From positions 21,561-85,560 of the IMG/VR virus record IMGVR_UViG_3300032288_005197: a stretch of DNA of 64,000 nt. The stretch is one strand, 5' to 3'. The stretch comes from a virus. The notes under the pieces were generated by a model. It was given only the letters and a program-made list of their open reading frames with translations, made no database searches and was not told the DNA's origin. A program made the translations under genes and the position numbers. Shown here piece after piece: positions 1-9,766 of the stretch (position 1 is the first letter of the stretch; every line of letters begins with the position of its first letter).

Positions 1-469
1 GGTTTGAGAGAACATCTGTTGAATTTTTGCTAAAATTCCTAGCCGCTGCTGAGACTGCACCCTCGCTGTTCTGATAAAACTTGATTCTAGCTTCAATATC
101 TTTTACAAGAGCGTCCTTGCCTCTTCTAGCAGCGCTATTTTTTGCGTTTTGCAGAGCTGTTATTCTAAGTAAACTGTTTGCTTGAGACGCAGCTGTGTAT
201 TCTTGGTCAGATTTCAATTGACTTGAAAATCCAATAAAGTGCCCTTCTGCTCGATACGAGGCGCCTGCGTTTAGTGGAGCGTATTGAAACACCGTGAACT
301 TGTTCATTATTGAACTCACGTTGTGTTGTAAGAAACCTTGGTCGTTTGGAGCAAGTAAAGAGTCACTAGCTTCAAATGGAGTCTTTGCTTCCATTCCGGC
401 TAGCGCTTCCATGTAGTTGACTCCCGCGAACGCTTGTGTTATCAATAGAGAATTAATATCTGCTGCCAT
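1..469 (-). CDS. N-terminal part of a late (probably virion) protein, truncated by the window edge
   Basis: Open frame from ATG at 469 (MAADINSLLITQAFAGVNYMEALAG...) to the window start; ATAAATAA late-promoter motif at 490-497. Confidence 0.7.
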   Translation of the reverse strand, partial: MAADINSLLITQAFAGVNYMEALAGMEAKTPFEASDSLLAPNDQGFLQHNVSSIMNKFTVFQYAPLNAGASYRAEGHFIGFSSQLKSDQEYTAASQANSLLRITALQNAKNSAARRGKDALVKDIEARIKFYQNSEGAVSAAARNFSKNSTDVLSN

Positions 470-509
470 TAAATGCAAATCATTTTAGTTTATTTATCGC
501 AGAAAATAA

Positions 510-533
510 AAAAGGAAGACTTGAGGTCTTCCT
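510..533 (-). terminator. Intrinsic terminator
   Basis: AGGAAGAC-ctcaa-GTCTTCCT hairpin followed by a T-run on the minus strand, downstream of ORF 561-1112. Confidence 0.7.
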
Positions 534-560
534 ACTATCGGTATTATATGGTCAGGCGAA

Positions 561-1112
561 TTACCATCCTCCAATCGTGAACTCGTAACTAAATTGACTA
601 GCGTCAAATGACTTATTCATGTGAATTTCGACCGAAGTCGGCTCAATCGGAAAATGCTGTTTTGCATTGTCCCATTCAAATCTATCTCCGATGTTATCGT
701 CGATCATTTCAATGAAAGTGTTCACCGATTCGTCGTTAGCTTCATCCCAGGTCTCAATATCAATCACCAATTTCATTCGTTTAGGAATGAATAACATGGT
801 TTGAACACCAGAATCGTCCCACACTATTATTATATCGTATTCAAGTTCCAGTTTGTGAGCTGACACGTATTCAATCTCAGTTGCACTGGCAAATCCCATT
901 GCCCTAAGTTCAGCTTGCTCTTCCTTTGATATTCCCGGATCTTCGTTGTCTATTGTGTCAGGATTGTCATACAGGCTAACTTCACTACGCTCGAATGTCT
1001 TTTTAAAAATTTCAGGCTTTCGATATTGGTATTGCGACCACTTAAGTTGATCTGGCCCTTTATATGATTCAGTTATCAAGTAAGACCTAAATGATTCGGT
1101 TGCCTTTGACAT
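561..1112 (-). CDS. Hypothetical acidic protein with capsid-targeting-like N-terminus
   Basis: 183 aa; N-terminal ESFRSYLITE and internal ELRAMGF motifs. Confidence 0.7.
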   Translation of the reverse strand: MSKATESFRSYLITESYKGPDQLKWSQYQYRKPEIFKKTFERSEVSLYDNPDTIDNEDPGISKEEQAELRAMGFASATEIEYVSAHKLELEYDIIIVWDDSGVQTMLFIPKRMKLVIDIETWDEANDESVNTFIEMIDDNIGDRFEWDNAKQHFPIEPTSVEIHMNKSFDASQFSYEFTIGGW

Positions 1113-1456
1113 TACTTTATTAGATTTTCTCTTTTCATCAGATCCGCAAATGACATTGCGTATCTTTCATTAATTCTCTTTTTGCTAGATCTGCTTGTTT
1201 TTTCAGCAGCCGCTTTTCTGCTTTTTATCAGTTCAATATTGTCAGAATACAGACCTGGAACAACATTGATTCGTTCCCCATTGTATTCAATAGGTTCATC
1301 CAGCTCAACTTCAAATCGATCGACGTCAGGCTCGTAGTTGTTTTGATAGATCTCTGAAATGGTACCCGTAGTACCATCGACCATTTCAATGACGCCATTT
1401 TGTAGCTCTTCAGCGTCCGCCTTAATCATAATTCTGTCTCCGATTGAGAATTTCAT
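1112..1456 (-). CDS. Hypothetical protein (SH3/KOW-like N-terminus)
   Basis: MKFSIGDRIMIK...GTISEI pattern; translationally coupled to neighbours. Confidence 0.6.
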   Translation of the reverse strand: MKFSIGDRIMIKADAEELQNGVIEMVDGTTGTISEIYQNNYEPDVDRFEVELDEPIEYNGERINVVPGLYSDNIELIKSRKAAAEKTSRSSKKRINERYAMSFADLMKRENLIK

Positions 1457-1722
1457 GCTGGTTCCTTTTTAATTTTTAAAGTTAGTGTACCGGTTCCCTT
1501 AATTAGACGATGCCATTCATGTCTTGGAATCAGTATAGTATTATTTAACGAGGTCGGTAGTGCATTATCCAATTGGATCATCCAGTCCGTCTCATTTTCT
1601 GAAATTATTTCCCTAGCCTCATCATCACGGTGCCACTTTAACTCTATTGGATCAATCGTTTGAGAAAATTCTCTAATCAGAACCCCATTCTCTTCCTTGA
1701 GATTAGTGTATGGCTTTTCCAT
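1453..1722 (-). CDS. Small cupin-like phage protein
   Basis: WHRD...E and IPRHEWHRLIKG cupin-type His motifs. Confidence 0.6.
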   Translation of the reverse strand: MEKPYTNLKEENGVLIREFSQTIDPIELKWHRDDEAREIISENETDWMIQLDNALPTSLNNTILIPRHEWHRLIKGTGTLTLKIKKEPA

Positions 1723-1723
1723 A

Positions 1724-2689
1724 TTACCAAAAGCCTGGGTAAGTTTTGCCTCCCCATAAATGAGCGTATCGGTTAATTCTGCATGCCCAATAGCCAGCTT
1801 TCATTCTGTCGTTTTTTAGGTGACATTGATGTCTTGCTGCAAAACTTTTACGTGCTTTAGGATTACTTACCTTGGCAGTTAATCCTCCATGTACATCACC
1901 GAACGCGATCTTTTTAACTCTTTTTGTTTTCGGATTCATGACATACACGTAGTACTTCTTTGTTCCGCCACGCATGGGTTTTCCGATCTCGACCTTCTTT
2001 CCATTGTATTCTGCTTCAAACAAAAAATCCAATGGAACAATTTCTCCTCGATACTCACCAAATCTTCCAAGGTCGGTCTCTTCGAATAGAATCTGGTCGA
2101 TCCCAGTAAGTTCAATTTCTCCTCGGTCGTATGCCGTTCTAGCTTCAGCCAGAAGTTCAAAATGAGCTTGACTTGCAGGTCGATACACTGACTCTGCTAT
2201 TGAGATACCTTCGTTGATGTGATAAAGTAGGCTTTCAGACATCGGGTCAAGATCCGGATTTGGAATTTTATTCCATGATCTTTCAGCATTAACTCCTCTT
2301 CCTCTAGCCAGTTTAATCTCATGGGCTACTTGTTTTAGATACACTAAGGCTTCTTCATAGTCCCCACTACTCATTAATTCATCGATCTCTTCAGCCTCTT
2401 CTTTATCTAGTTTTGCCATGTAAACGACTGCATGCCTTTGAGCATTGAATTGACATCTCATTGCCATCATGCCTACCGTATGATTAAATTCCTTTGTAAC
2501 AGAATCACTATCTTCCTTTGAAATGATTCCCATGTCAAGTAGTTCAGTAGCCGCTTCCATTTCAACATCGCTCGGAGCCTTCATGAATGACTCTAGACCT
2601 TTACAATCGGCAATACCATAGTACCATTCAGCTTGTGAATTTCTAAATGATTCATTGAATTGGCCAAATGATTTTACGAGTCCTTTCAT
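1724..2689 (-). CDS. Virion-associated protein with DUF6321-like C-terminal domain
   Basis: C-terminal RKSFAARHQC...KAGYWAC motif; N-terminal KSFGQFNE motif. Confidence 0.6.
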   Translation of the reverse strand: MKGLVKSFGQFNESFRNSQAEWYYGIADCKGLESFMKAPSDVEMEAATELLDMGIISKEDSDSVTKEFNHTVGMMAMRCQFNAQRHAVVYMAKLDKEEAEEIDELMSSGDYEEALVYLKQVAHEIKLARGRGVNAERSWNKIPNPDLDPMSESLLYHINEGISIAESVYRPASQAHFELLAEARTAYDRGEIELTGIDQILFEETDLGRFGEYRGEIVPLDFLFEAEYNGKKVEIGKPMRGGTKKYYVYVMNPKTKRVKKIAFGDVHGGLTAKVSNPKARKSFAARHQCHLKNDRMKAGYWACRINRYAHLWGGKTYPGFW

Positions 2690-2694
2690 ATAGA

Positions 2695-3330
2695 TTATTC
2701 TCTAGTTAATGTACCTCCGCACTCACATAAATCGCCTTCGTTGATGACTGCTGCCTCATAAGAGATTCCACATTCATTACATTTGTAACTTCCATCGGCC
2801 ATGTATTCTGCATTACCTGGATTATCTGAGAATCTACCATTGTGCTCAGAACGCTCTTTCCCAGAAGAGTCTTTATCTTTAGGGCCAAAGTTCTTTAGTC
2901 TAGCTAAACTCTCGGCTCTTGCTTTAGGATCATAATCTCTCATAGTTCCTTTTACGTTTGTGTGAGGTGCTGATAAAATATCTCTATCATGAATACCTTC
3001 TTCAACTTCCTCAGTCATTTCACCGATTAAGAAGTTAGCAACCTCTTCCATATCGTCCTTTGAAGTAGCGATATGATCTACTGCCCAGCTGTGTCCATTC
3101 TTTAAAATTTGATCAACCTTTAACGGATCCATTTTTAACATGATCTCTGCTAATCTATGAACGGTTTCCAAGTTTCCAAAGAACATGTAGTTCTCAGTTT
3201 CATGATGATCATCATGGTCGATTTTAGCGGCTGGATGTTGCTGCATATCCGCGTTTGGTGCCTGGTGAGGCATCATGTCTTGGTCTTCATGACCATTAAA
3301 AAAACTTTCGAATGTTTTAACAATTCTCAT
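2695..3330 (-). CDS. Hypothetical protein with capsid-targeting motif and C-terminal zinc ribbon
   Basis: MRIVKTFESF start; CxxC...CxC at the C-terminus. Confidence 0.65.
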   Translation of the reverse strand: MRIVKTFESFFNGHEDQDMMPHQAPNADMQQHPAAKIDHDDHHETENYMFFGNLETVHRLAEIMLKMDPLKVDQILKNGHSWAVDHIATSKDDMEEVANFLIGEMTEEVEEGIHDRDILSAPHTNVKGTMRDYDPKARAESLARLKNFGPKDKDSSGKERSEHNGRFSDNPGNAEYMADGSYKCNECGISYEAAVINEGDLCECGGTLTRE

Positions 3331-3334
3331 TTTA

Positions 3335-4900
3335 TTATCTGTTATTTTGTTCTTTTATAAAATCTGCGAAGCCCAATACTAATGAAGATTTCTTCTTTTT
3401 CCCTTTGGTATTTCCGCCAAGCGAAACGAATTTGTCTCCTGAGCCTATCGTATTTTGAGTCGGTGGAGTTATCGGGCCCATTGATCCGATTGAACCTGGA
3501 ACCTGTGGAGTTACTCCAGGAGCTTCGCCTTCCTCAGTGACCGCTTTCGGTTTAGGTTCGTCAACTACTGACGTGTCTAGAATAAAGAGTCTAGTGAAAG
3601 CATCAGCTTTCATTTCACCTTCTCTACCCTTGACTGCTTTACCAATAGTTTTACCGACCGTATTCAAAGTTTTAGCGTACAGATCATGAACGTGTTTGCC
3701 TGTTCTGGCAAAAGCCTGACCTGTTGCCGTGTTCCCGGTAGTATCTGCTCCAAATACAAGGCCCATTAAAGCCTGTGAAGCCTTTCTGAATTTCATTATC
3801 TTTGTATCGTCAGCTATCTGCTTTCCAGTTACTGGAAGAACCGTTCTTTCGTATAAAGGTAGTTTTTTATTGAAGTCGTAATGGATTCCTTTGTATTTCT
3901 TTGTCTCAAATTCTTTGCTCTTAGCTCTTTCAATAAGACTCTTTTGAATTCCTTCTACCATTCTAGCTAAGTACTCCTTGGCTTCATCAGACACGTCTGG
4001 AAATCCATTGATGCTTACCTTTAAGGCATTCGCTTCCCTAATGATGTCCGCCTCATTTGTCCAGTTTGTGTACTGGAACTGAAAGATTCTTCTAATTATT
4101 GATGCTGTGTTTTTATTAATGAACACTCCGCTCTTAAGTTCAGCTGAGGTGCCGGTTCCTAACTTTGCATCAATTTTTTTCTCGTATTCGGTATTTGCTG
4201 CTTGAATTCCATCGGTAAGTTCATCTGACATATCGTCAGTGATTACTTCGGCCGTGTGTATTGCATTAAATACTTCTCCGGCTGCTTCTCTTTGAGCATC
4301 TTCGGTATCAGCTTGTTCAAATTTAGAGTAGGCCTGTTTTGCCTTATCTGCTGGAATTTTAACCTTTAATGAGAAAGCTTCAGCCAAATCCTCTTGAACT
4401 TGTTTAATTTTTTCATAGATTTCTCCACTGAATTCGGTGTTTCCCTTAGTGTCTAGCTTAGCATACACCTTTTCCAGAACGTGAATCCTTGAAACGAACG
4501 TGAGAATTTTACGGCTAATCTCTTCGATTTCAACCTCATTGATCTCCTTCTTAGATAGAGCCTCTTCTAGATTCTTACGAAATTCTTTGACTCTTTCGGT
4601 TAAGTAATTAAAATAACTATCTAGAACAGCCTTCATTTTTGGATTACCGAAGTACTTTTCAAATGCCGGATCGTCTAATTTTGAGTTTAGATCATCTTCT
4701 CCCATTGCAAAAAGGGCATCCAATAATCTATTCAACATTTCATTAGTATCCTCTTTCTTCTTTCCATCCTCACTTCCGGATTTCTTGTCTTTGTCCACAA
4801 GATTGTCCATCTGACCTCCGATCTGGATGATGTCAGCTTCTAGGATCAGGCTCTGAATTGCCTGCAGTCTTTTTACTTTTAAAAACATATTAGGCCTCAA
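3335..4900 (-). CDS. Large helical/coiled-coil late protein
   Basis: 521 aa, helix-rich; C-terminal LGFADFIKE motif. Confidence 0.7.
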   Translation of the reverse strand: MRPNMFLKVKRLQAIQSLILEADIIQIGGQMDNLVDKDKKSGSEDGKKKEDTNEMLNRLLDALFAMGEDDLNSKLDDPAFEKYFGNPKMKAVLDSYFNYLTERVKEFRKNLEEALSKKEINEVEIEEISRKILTFVSRIHVLEKVYAKLDTKGNTEFSGEIYEKIKQVQEDLAEAFSLKVKIPADKAKQAYSKFEQADTEDAQREAAGEVFNAIHTAEVITDDMSDELTDGIQAANTEYEKKIDAKLGTGTSAELKSGVFINKNTASIIRRIFQFQYTNWTNEADIIREANALKVSINGFPDVSDEAKEYLARMVEGIQKSLIERAKSKEFETKKYKGIHYDFNKKLPLYERTVLPVTGKQIADDTKIMKFRKASQALMGLVFGADTTGNTATGQAFARTGKHVHDLYAKTLNTVGKTIGKAVKGREGEMKADAFTRLFILDTSVVDEPKPKAVTEEGEAPGVTPQVPGSIGSMGPITPPTQNTIGSGDKFVSLGGNTKGKKKKSSLVLGFADFIKEQNNR

Positions 4901-5312
4901 ATTGTAATAAGTATTTAGTCTTGTTGACCAAATCTAAAATTTCATCAGTCAAGTTGTATAGTTCTGAATCTTTATCCCTGTCGAATAGCTCGCAGAAAGT
5001 TCCTCTGAAGGTTACTTCAACCATGTCAAAAAATTCGCCGACTGCCATTTCGTAATCGCATATTTCAATGGCTGCTTCTCCGAACTTCAGCTGGTCCTTT
5101 CCGTATTTACCGGCGATCGCTTCAACAATTATGTCCATTTGATCAATGAATCCCTCGTAAAAAGCACCATAATGGCGATGTTCTCTGTCATAACGAGTCT
5201 GCCAGTGAATTATTTTAGCCTGGTCAGCTATTTGCATCAACGATAGCATGAAATATGCAATTGATACGTTTTGAGATTCTTCAGCTTCAGGTAGTTCTTC
5301 TAATCCAAACAT
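4890..5312 (-). CDS. Ferritin/Dps-like protein (DUF5856-like)
   Basis: HWQT...H...FYE...D...E ferroxidase-type motif and NKTKYLL ending. Confidence 0.75.
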   Translation of the reverse strand: MFGLEELPEAEESQNVSIAYFMLSLMQIADQAKIIHWQTRYDREHRHYGAFYEGFIDQMDIIVEAIAGKYGKDQLKFGEAAIEICDYEMAVGEFFDMVEVTFRGTFCELFDRDKDSELYNLTDEILDLVNKTKYLLQFEA

Positions 5313-5494
5313 TATTTGTTATGTGTTTTTTGTGACTTCTGCCATTTAGAAAATGGAGTTACCCAAAAATCACGATTCACGTTCTTTTTCAAGTAATCGT
5401 AAACGTCATTTCCGGTAGGGTGCTGTAGTACCGCATTACGTAGAGGTTCTTTGCCCTTGCGGTAATTGTCCAAATTTTTAAACGTGTTTTCCAT
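5312..5494 (-). CDS. Hypothetical protein
   Basis: 60 aa ORF directly downstream of the late-promoter motif at 5500-5507. Confidence 0.6.
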   Translation of the reverse strand: MENTFKNLDNYRKGKEPLRNAVLQHPTGNDVYDYLKKNVNRDFWVTPFSKWQKSQKTHNK

Positions 5495-5597
5495 CTAGGT
5501 TATTTATTAAACGTCACCATCATTCTTTCGAGAGAGCTGGTTAAAACTTTATCGCCCGGGTAGATATAATTAATAAACATAAAAACTGTAATTACTG

Positions 5598-7169
5598 ATG
5601 AAGTTTGAAGAATTAACAAAGGAACAGGTATTACTAATTTCTGAAATTTACTGGAACAAAGAGCTAAGCTGGGACGATCGAATGAAACAGCTTAGTGACT
5701 ATTTAGACAAATCGGAAAGAACTGTTCAAAAATGGTTAGCTAAGCTTGGAATAACCGAGAGCTCTGTTCAAGAGTCTCCGCAATTAATAAAGGCTAGGGA
5801 ACGAAAGTTCGATAAGAAAAAGAAAAAATTTCTAATCACTTGGGCACAAAACGACACACCAGTTCATGAAGCTTTCGTTTGTAACTTGGAGGCCTATGCT
5901 AAAGAGATCAATGCTGACATTCATGTGATCGCCGGTCGGTACAAAAATCCAACATCGGTTTTTACCGATAAGAACTATGAAACTTGGGCTGATCGCATTT
6001 TAGATTATCTAGATGCAAATCGTCATGAACTTCATAAGCACATGTGGATCATGTCGGACGTAAAGATTCAACCGACCGCCGTTGACCCAATGACCGGTTT
6101 ACAGGGAATGAGCGGAATCAATTCCTGCGTTTTTGGCTCTCCCAAAGTACATTTAGAAACAATTCCGGTACTTGAGGGTAATTTACCAAAAATGATGTTA
6201 ACGACTGGTGCTTGCACCGTCAAGAATTACACCGACTCGAAGTCCGGTAAAAAGGGAGAGTTCCATCACACTCTTGGATTTGCAATCGTTGAAATCAAAA
6301 ACTCAGAAGTGTTTTTTGTTCGTCAAGTAACAGCAACTGAGGACGGAAATTTCTATGATCTTAACTATAGAGTTGAGTACGACACGGACTCTTTTGAGAG
6401 TGCTGTTTCTAAAAATTCAGAAGTGTCAGCTGCCATTCTTGGAGATCTCCATTACGGCCAGCACGATCAAAGAGTGATTGATAAAACTCTAAATCTTTTC
6501 AAGGTTCTAAAACCTGATCACGTAGTCCTACATGACGTGTTTGATGGGTTATCAATAAATCATCACGAAAGCAAAGATCCATTCATCCAATATCAGAGAG
6601 AAATTGACGGATCCAACCGACTGCGTTGGGAGATCGATTCAATGCTTTCCGGGCTGGAAGATTTTAAAGAGTACGACGTGACCATCGTTAGAAGTAATCA
6701 CGATGACTTTTTGGACAGATGGCTAAAGAGCACAGATTGGCGAAAAGCTACCACTCTTAAAAATTCGCTAGAGTACATGGAGTTTAGTACCCTTCTCTTA
6801 AAGGGCGAAGCTCCAAATGGAATCATACCTTACTTAATCAAGCAAAAATTTCCAAAGTTTAGGACCTTAGGCCGAAGCGATAGCTTTGTTGTTAACGGCT
6901 GGGAGCTCGGTCAACATGGAGATATTGGATCAAACGGTTCACGCGGGTCTCTGTTACAATTTAGGAAGTTAAATACTAAAGTAGTAGTTGGCCATTACCA
7001 TTCACCAGGCAGAAAGGACGGAGCATTAGCTGTCGGAACTTCAACTCTGCTGAGAGTCAATTATAACGTAGGCCCTAGCGGTTGGTTACAATCTCATGTG
7101 ATCATCCATAAGGACGGAAAAGCACAACACATAAATTTCATTAAGGGCGAATTTACGACCTTATTTTAA
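5598..7169 (+). CDS. T5 A1-like metallophosphoesterase-fold nuclease with N-terminal HTH
   Basis: GDLH, HDVFD, SNHDD and GHYHSP metallophosphoesterase motifs; AQNDTPVH, QPTAVDP and TTGACTVKNY...GKKGEFHH blocks resemble phage T5 A1. Confidence 0.7.
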   Translation: MKFEELTKEQVLLISEIYWNKELSWDDRMKQLSDYLDKSERTVQKWLAKLGITESSVQESPQLIKARERKFDKKKKKFLITWAQNDTPVHEAFVCNLEAYAKEINADIHVIAGRYKNPTSVFTDKNYETWADRILDYLDANRHELHKHMWIMSDVKIQPTAVDPMTGLQGMSGINSCVFGSPKVHLETIPVLEGNLPKMMLTTGACTVKNYTDSKSGKKGEFHHTLGFAIVEIKNSEVFFVRQVTATEDGNFYDLNYRVEYDTDSFESAVSKNSEVSAAILGDLHYGQHDQRVIDKTLNLFKVLKPDHVVLHDVFDGLSINHHESKDPFIQYQREIDGSNRLRWEIDSMLSGLEDFKEYDVTIVRSNHDDFLDRWLKSTDWRKATTLKNSLEYMEFSTLLLKGEAPNGIIPYLIKQKFPKFRTLGRSDSFVVNGWELGQHGDIGSNGSRGSLLQFRKLNTKVVVGHYHSPGRKDGALAVGTSTLLRVNYNVGPSGWLQSHVIIHKDGKAQHINFIKGEFTTLF

Positions 7170-7184
7170 ATAACCCAGCACTAA

Positions 7185-8471
7185 ATGATAGATTCATCAA
7201 ACATTCAAACTCTTGTAGGAAACCATGTAGCTCCTTACATTTACAACTCAAAAGAGTTTATTCCAGGAAAAACTCCAATTTATTACTCAGGGCCTTATTG
7301 GGACAATCGCGAAATCGAAGCTGCGATAAATGCTTTCGTAAACGGAAAATGGATAACTACTGGAGAGAATGTTTTCAAGTTCGAAAGAGCTTTTTCTCGT
7401 AGATTCAATGTGAAACATTCGCTAATGGTGAACTCAGGTTCTTCCGCTAATCTTGTGTTAATCACCGCTCTAAAAACTAGATTCGGTTGGCAAGATGAGG
7501 ATGAGGTAATCGTTTCACCAGTTGGATTTCCAACTACAATCTCTGTGCTTTACCAGAATCGACTTACCCCAGTGTTCGTTGATATTGAATGGGATACTCT
7601 TAACTTTGATGTTGATAAAATCGAAGAGAAGATCACTCCAAGAACAAAGGCAATTTTTGTTTCCCCAGTATTAGGTAATCCTCCTAACTTCGATAAACTA
7701 ATTGAACTTTGCGAAAAACACAATCTGCAACTAGTTGGAGATAATTGTGATAGCTTAGGTTCAAAATGGAAAGGTAAATATCTCAATGAGTATTATGTTG
7801 CATTTTCAAATTCATTTTATCCAGCTCACCACATTTCGACGGGTGAGGGCGGAATGGTTTGTACAAACGACGATGAACTTAAAAAGATAATGACTAGCGT
7901 TGCTTGGTGGGGTAGAGACTGCTATTGCGTAGGTTCTGCCAATCTTTTAGCGTGTGGAACTTGTGGAAAAAGATTCGATAAATGGTTGGACTCCTATGAC
8001 GGAATAATTGATCACAAGTACGTGTTCTCAAATATGGGATATAACTTAAAGCCACTAGACCTTCAAGGCGCAATCGGAACTGAGCAGTTGCTTAAGATCG
8101 ATGAGATTGAAACTAATCGTAAGGCATCAAAATCTAGACTTGAAAAAATATTTTTGGAAAATATCCCTGGGATCAAAGCAGTTGCTAGTCTAGACGACTC
8201 TGATGCTTGCTGGTTCGGAACACCTTTCATTTGTGAAGAGCCTGGACTAAAGCATCGTTTGGTTCAGTATCTAGAAGATAATAAGATCCAAACTAGAAAC
8301 TATTTTGCAGGTAATATCTTATTACACCCTGGGTACTCTCACTTGGGAGATTCCAATGATTTCCCTGAATCAAATAAAGTGCTAGACAAAGTATTCTTCA
8401 TTGGAGCAGCACCTCACTACACAGAACCGGTATTTGAATACGTTGAACAAGTCATAAAGAATTTTAAATGA
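7185..8471 (+). CDS. rfbH: CDP-6-deoxy-D-xylo-4-hexulose 3-dehydrase (RfbH/DdhC, DegT family)
   Basis: VNSGSSANL, DNCDSLGS, SFYPAHHISTGEGG (His in place of the PLP Lys), WGRDCYC...CG, DHKY. Confidence 0.85.
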   Translation: MIDSSNIQTLVGNHVAPYIYNSKEFIPGKTPIYYSGPYWDNREIEAAINAFVNGKWITTGENVFKFERAFSRRFNVKHSLMVNSGSSANLVLITALKTRFGWQDEDEVIVSPVGFPTTISVLYQNRLTPVFVDIEWDTLNFDVDKIEEKITPRTKAIFVSPVLGNPPNFDKLIELCEKHNLQLVGDNCDSLGSKWKGKYLNEYYVAFSNSFYPAHHISTGEGGMVCTNDDELKKIMTSVAWWGRDCYCVGSANLLACGTCGKRFDKWLDSYDGIIDHKYVFSNMGYNLKPLDLQGAIGTEQLLKIDEIETNRKASKSRLEKIFLENIPGIKAVASLDDSDACWFGTPFICEEPGLKHRLVQYLEDNKIQTRNYFAGNILLHPGYSHLGDSNDFPESNKVLDKVFFIGAAPHYTEPVFEYVEQVIKNFK

Positions 8472-9739
8472 TCGTAGTTTTAGGAGACGGATTACTTGCA
8501 ACTGAAATAGTCAAACAGACAGGTTGGGCCCAAATCTCTAGAAAAAAGGATGGGTTCGACATCACGGATCTTTCTACTTGGCAAAATCTACTAGACGAAG
8601 CGACTGCTATTGTTAACTGCATTGCCTACACTAATACCTATGACTCTAATAGGGAATTGAATTGGCAAGTTAATGTGGTCGGAGTAAAATCATTAATTGA
8701 TTTTTGCAATCAACGATCTATCAAGCTGATTCACATTTCGACCGATTACGTTTACTCAAATTCAGTAAGACTCGCGTCAGAAACCGATGTTCCAGTTCAT
8801 TTACCTACCTGGTACGGCTACTCTAAATTGGTTGGGGATGCTCTTGTGCAATTAGAGTCAAATGACTATTTGCTGTGTAGAGAATCTCATAAACCGTATC
8901 CATTTCCATACGATAAAGCCTGGAATGATCAATTAACTAGCGGAGATTTTGTAACCACAATCTCACGATTAATAATTGACTTGATCGACAAAGACGCGAA
9001 AGGGCTCTACAATGTTGGCACTCGGTTAAAAACGTGGTACTCATTAACCGTAAACGAATTCAATACTGAACCTATTCCTAGACCAAAACATGCCCCAGCT
9101 GATATTTCAATGAATACTTCAAAGCTCAAGAGCTTCTTATCTCAAATCGATAAAGAAGTTGTCATTGCCGCGTATGATCGAGACTATTCATGGATTAATA
9201 AACTCGATTCAAATGTCAAAAAGACGGTCTATCGAAAAGGCGATCCTGCTCTAAGTAATGAGTTCGAAATCTACCTTCCAAATAATGTCGGAAGAGACGT
9301 TCACACGTTCTTTTATCATATTGTCAACCGATACGATAGCTTATCTGATTTTACGTTTTTTTCACAAGATGACCCTTTCGATCATGTCAATAATTACATT
9401 CATTTAATTAATGGAGTCCCTAGCGATTGGACTACTTGCGCAGTTCTCAAAATCGATGAAATTTGGTTTTTTGATACTTGCTACAAACGTGTCTTAAAGA
9501 CAGATAAATTCGGAAATCCTCACCATACCGGATTGGAATTAGAACCAGTGTGGTCTCGAATATTCTCTGAGCCTTTTCCTGAGAGTCTTGACTTTGTCGC
9601 AGCTGGCCATTTTTGCGCTTCGCGCCAACAGATCCACACTAAACCAAAAGAGTTCTATGAAAAGATTCTTAGAGTTCTAGAGGATGATCCAATTTCTCCA
9701 TGGTGCATTGAACGATTTGAATCTTACATATTCACATAA
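8468..9739 (+). CDS. RmlD-like NDP-sugar reductase fused to a DUF3431-like domain
   Basis: GDGLLA, HISTDYVY, YGYSK in the N-terminal half; LPNNVGRD.HTFFYHI..YD.L...TFF.QDDPFDH and ERF in the C-terminal half. Confidence 0.75.
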   Translation: MIVVLGDGLLATEIVKQTGWAQISRKKDGFDITDLSTWQNLLDEATAIVNCIAYTNTYDSNRELNWQVNVVGVKSLIDFCNQRSIKLIHISTDYVYSNSVRLASETDVPVHLPTWYGYSKLVGDALVQLESNDYLLCRESHKPYPFPYDKAWNDQLTSGDFVTTISRLIIDLIDKDAKGLYNVGTRLKTWYSLTVNEFNTEPIPRPKHAPADISMNTSKLKSFLSQIDKEVVIAAYDRDYSWINKLDSNVKKTVYRKGDPALSNEFEIYLPNNVGRDVHTFFYHIVNRYDSLSDFTFFSQDDPFDHVNNYIHLINGVPSDWTTCAVLKIDEIWFFDTCYKRVLKTDKFGNPHHTGLELEPVWSRIFSEPFPESLDFVAAGHFCASRQQIHTKPKEFYEKILRVLEDDPISPWCIERFESYIFT

Positions 9740-9763
9740 AAAAAGCTCCCTTTGGAGCTTTTT
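9738..9763. terminator. Bidirectional intrinsic terminator
   Basis: AAAAAAGCTCC-cttt-GGAGCTTTTT between convergent genes. Confidence 0.85.
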
Positions 9764-9766
9764 CTT

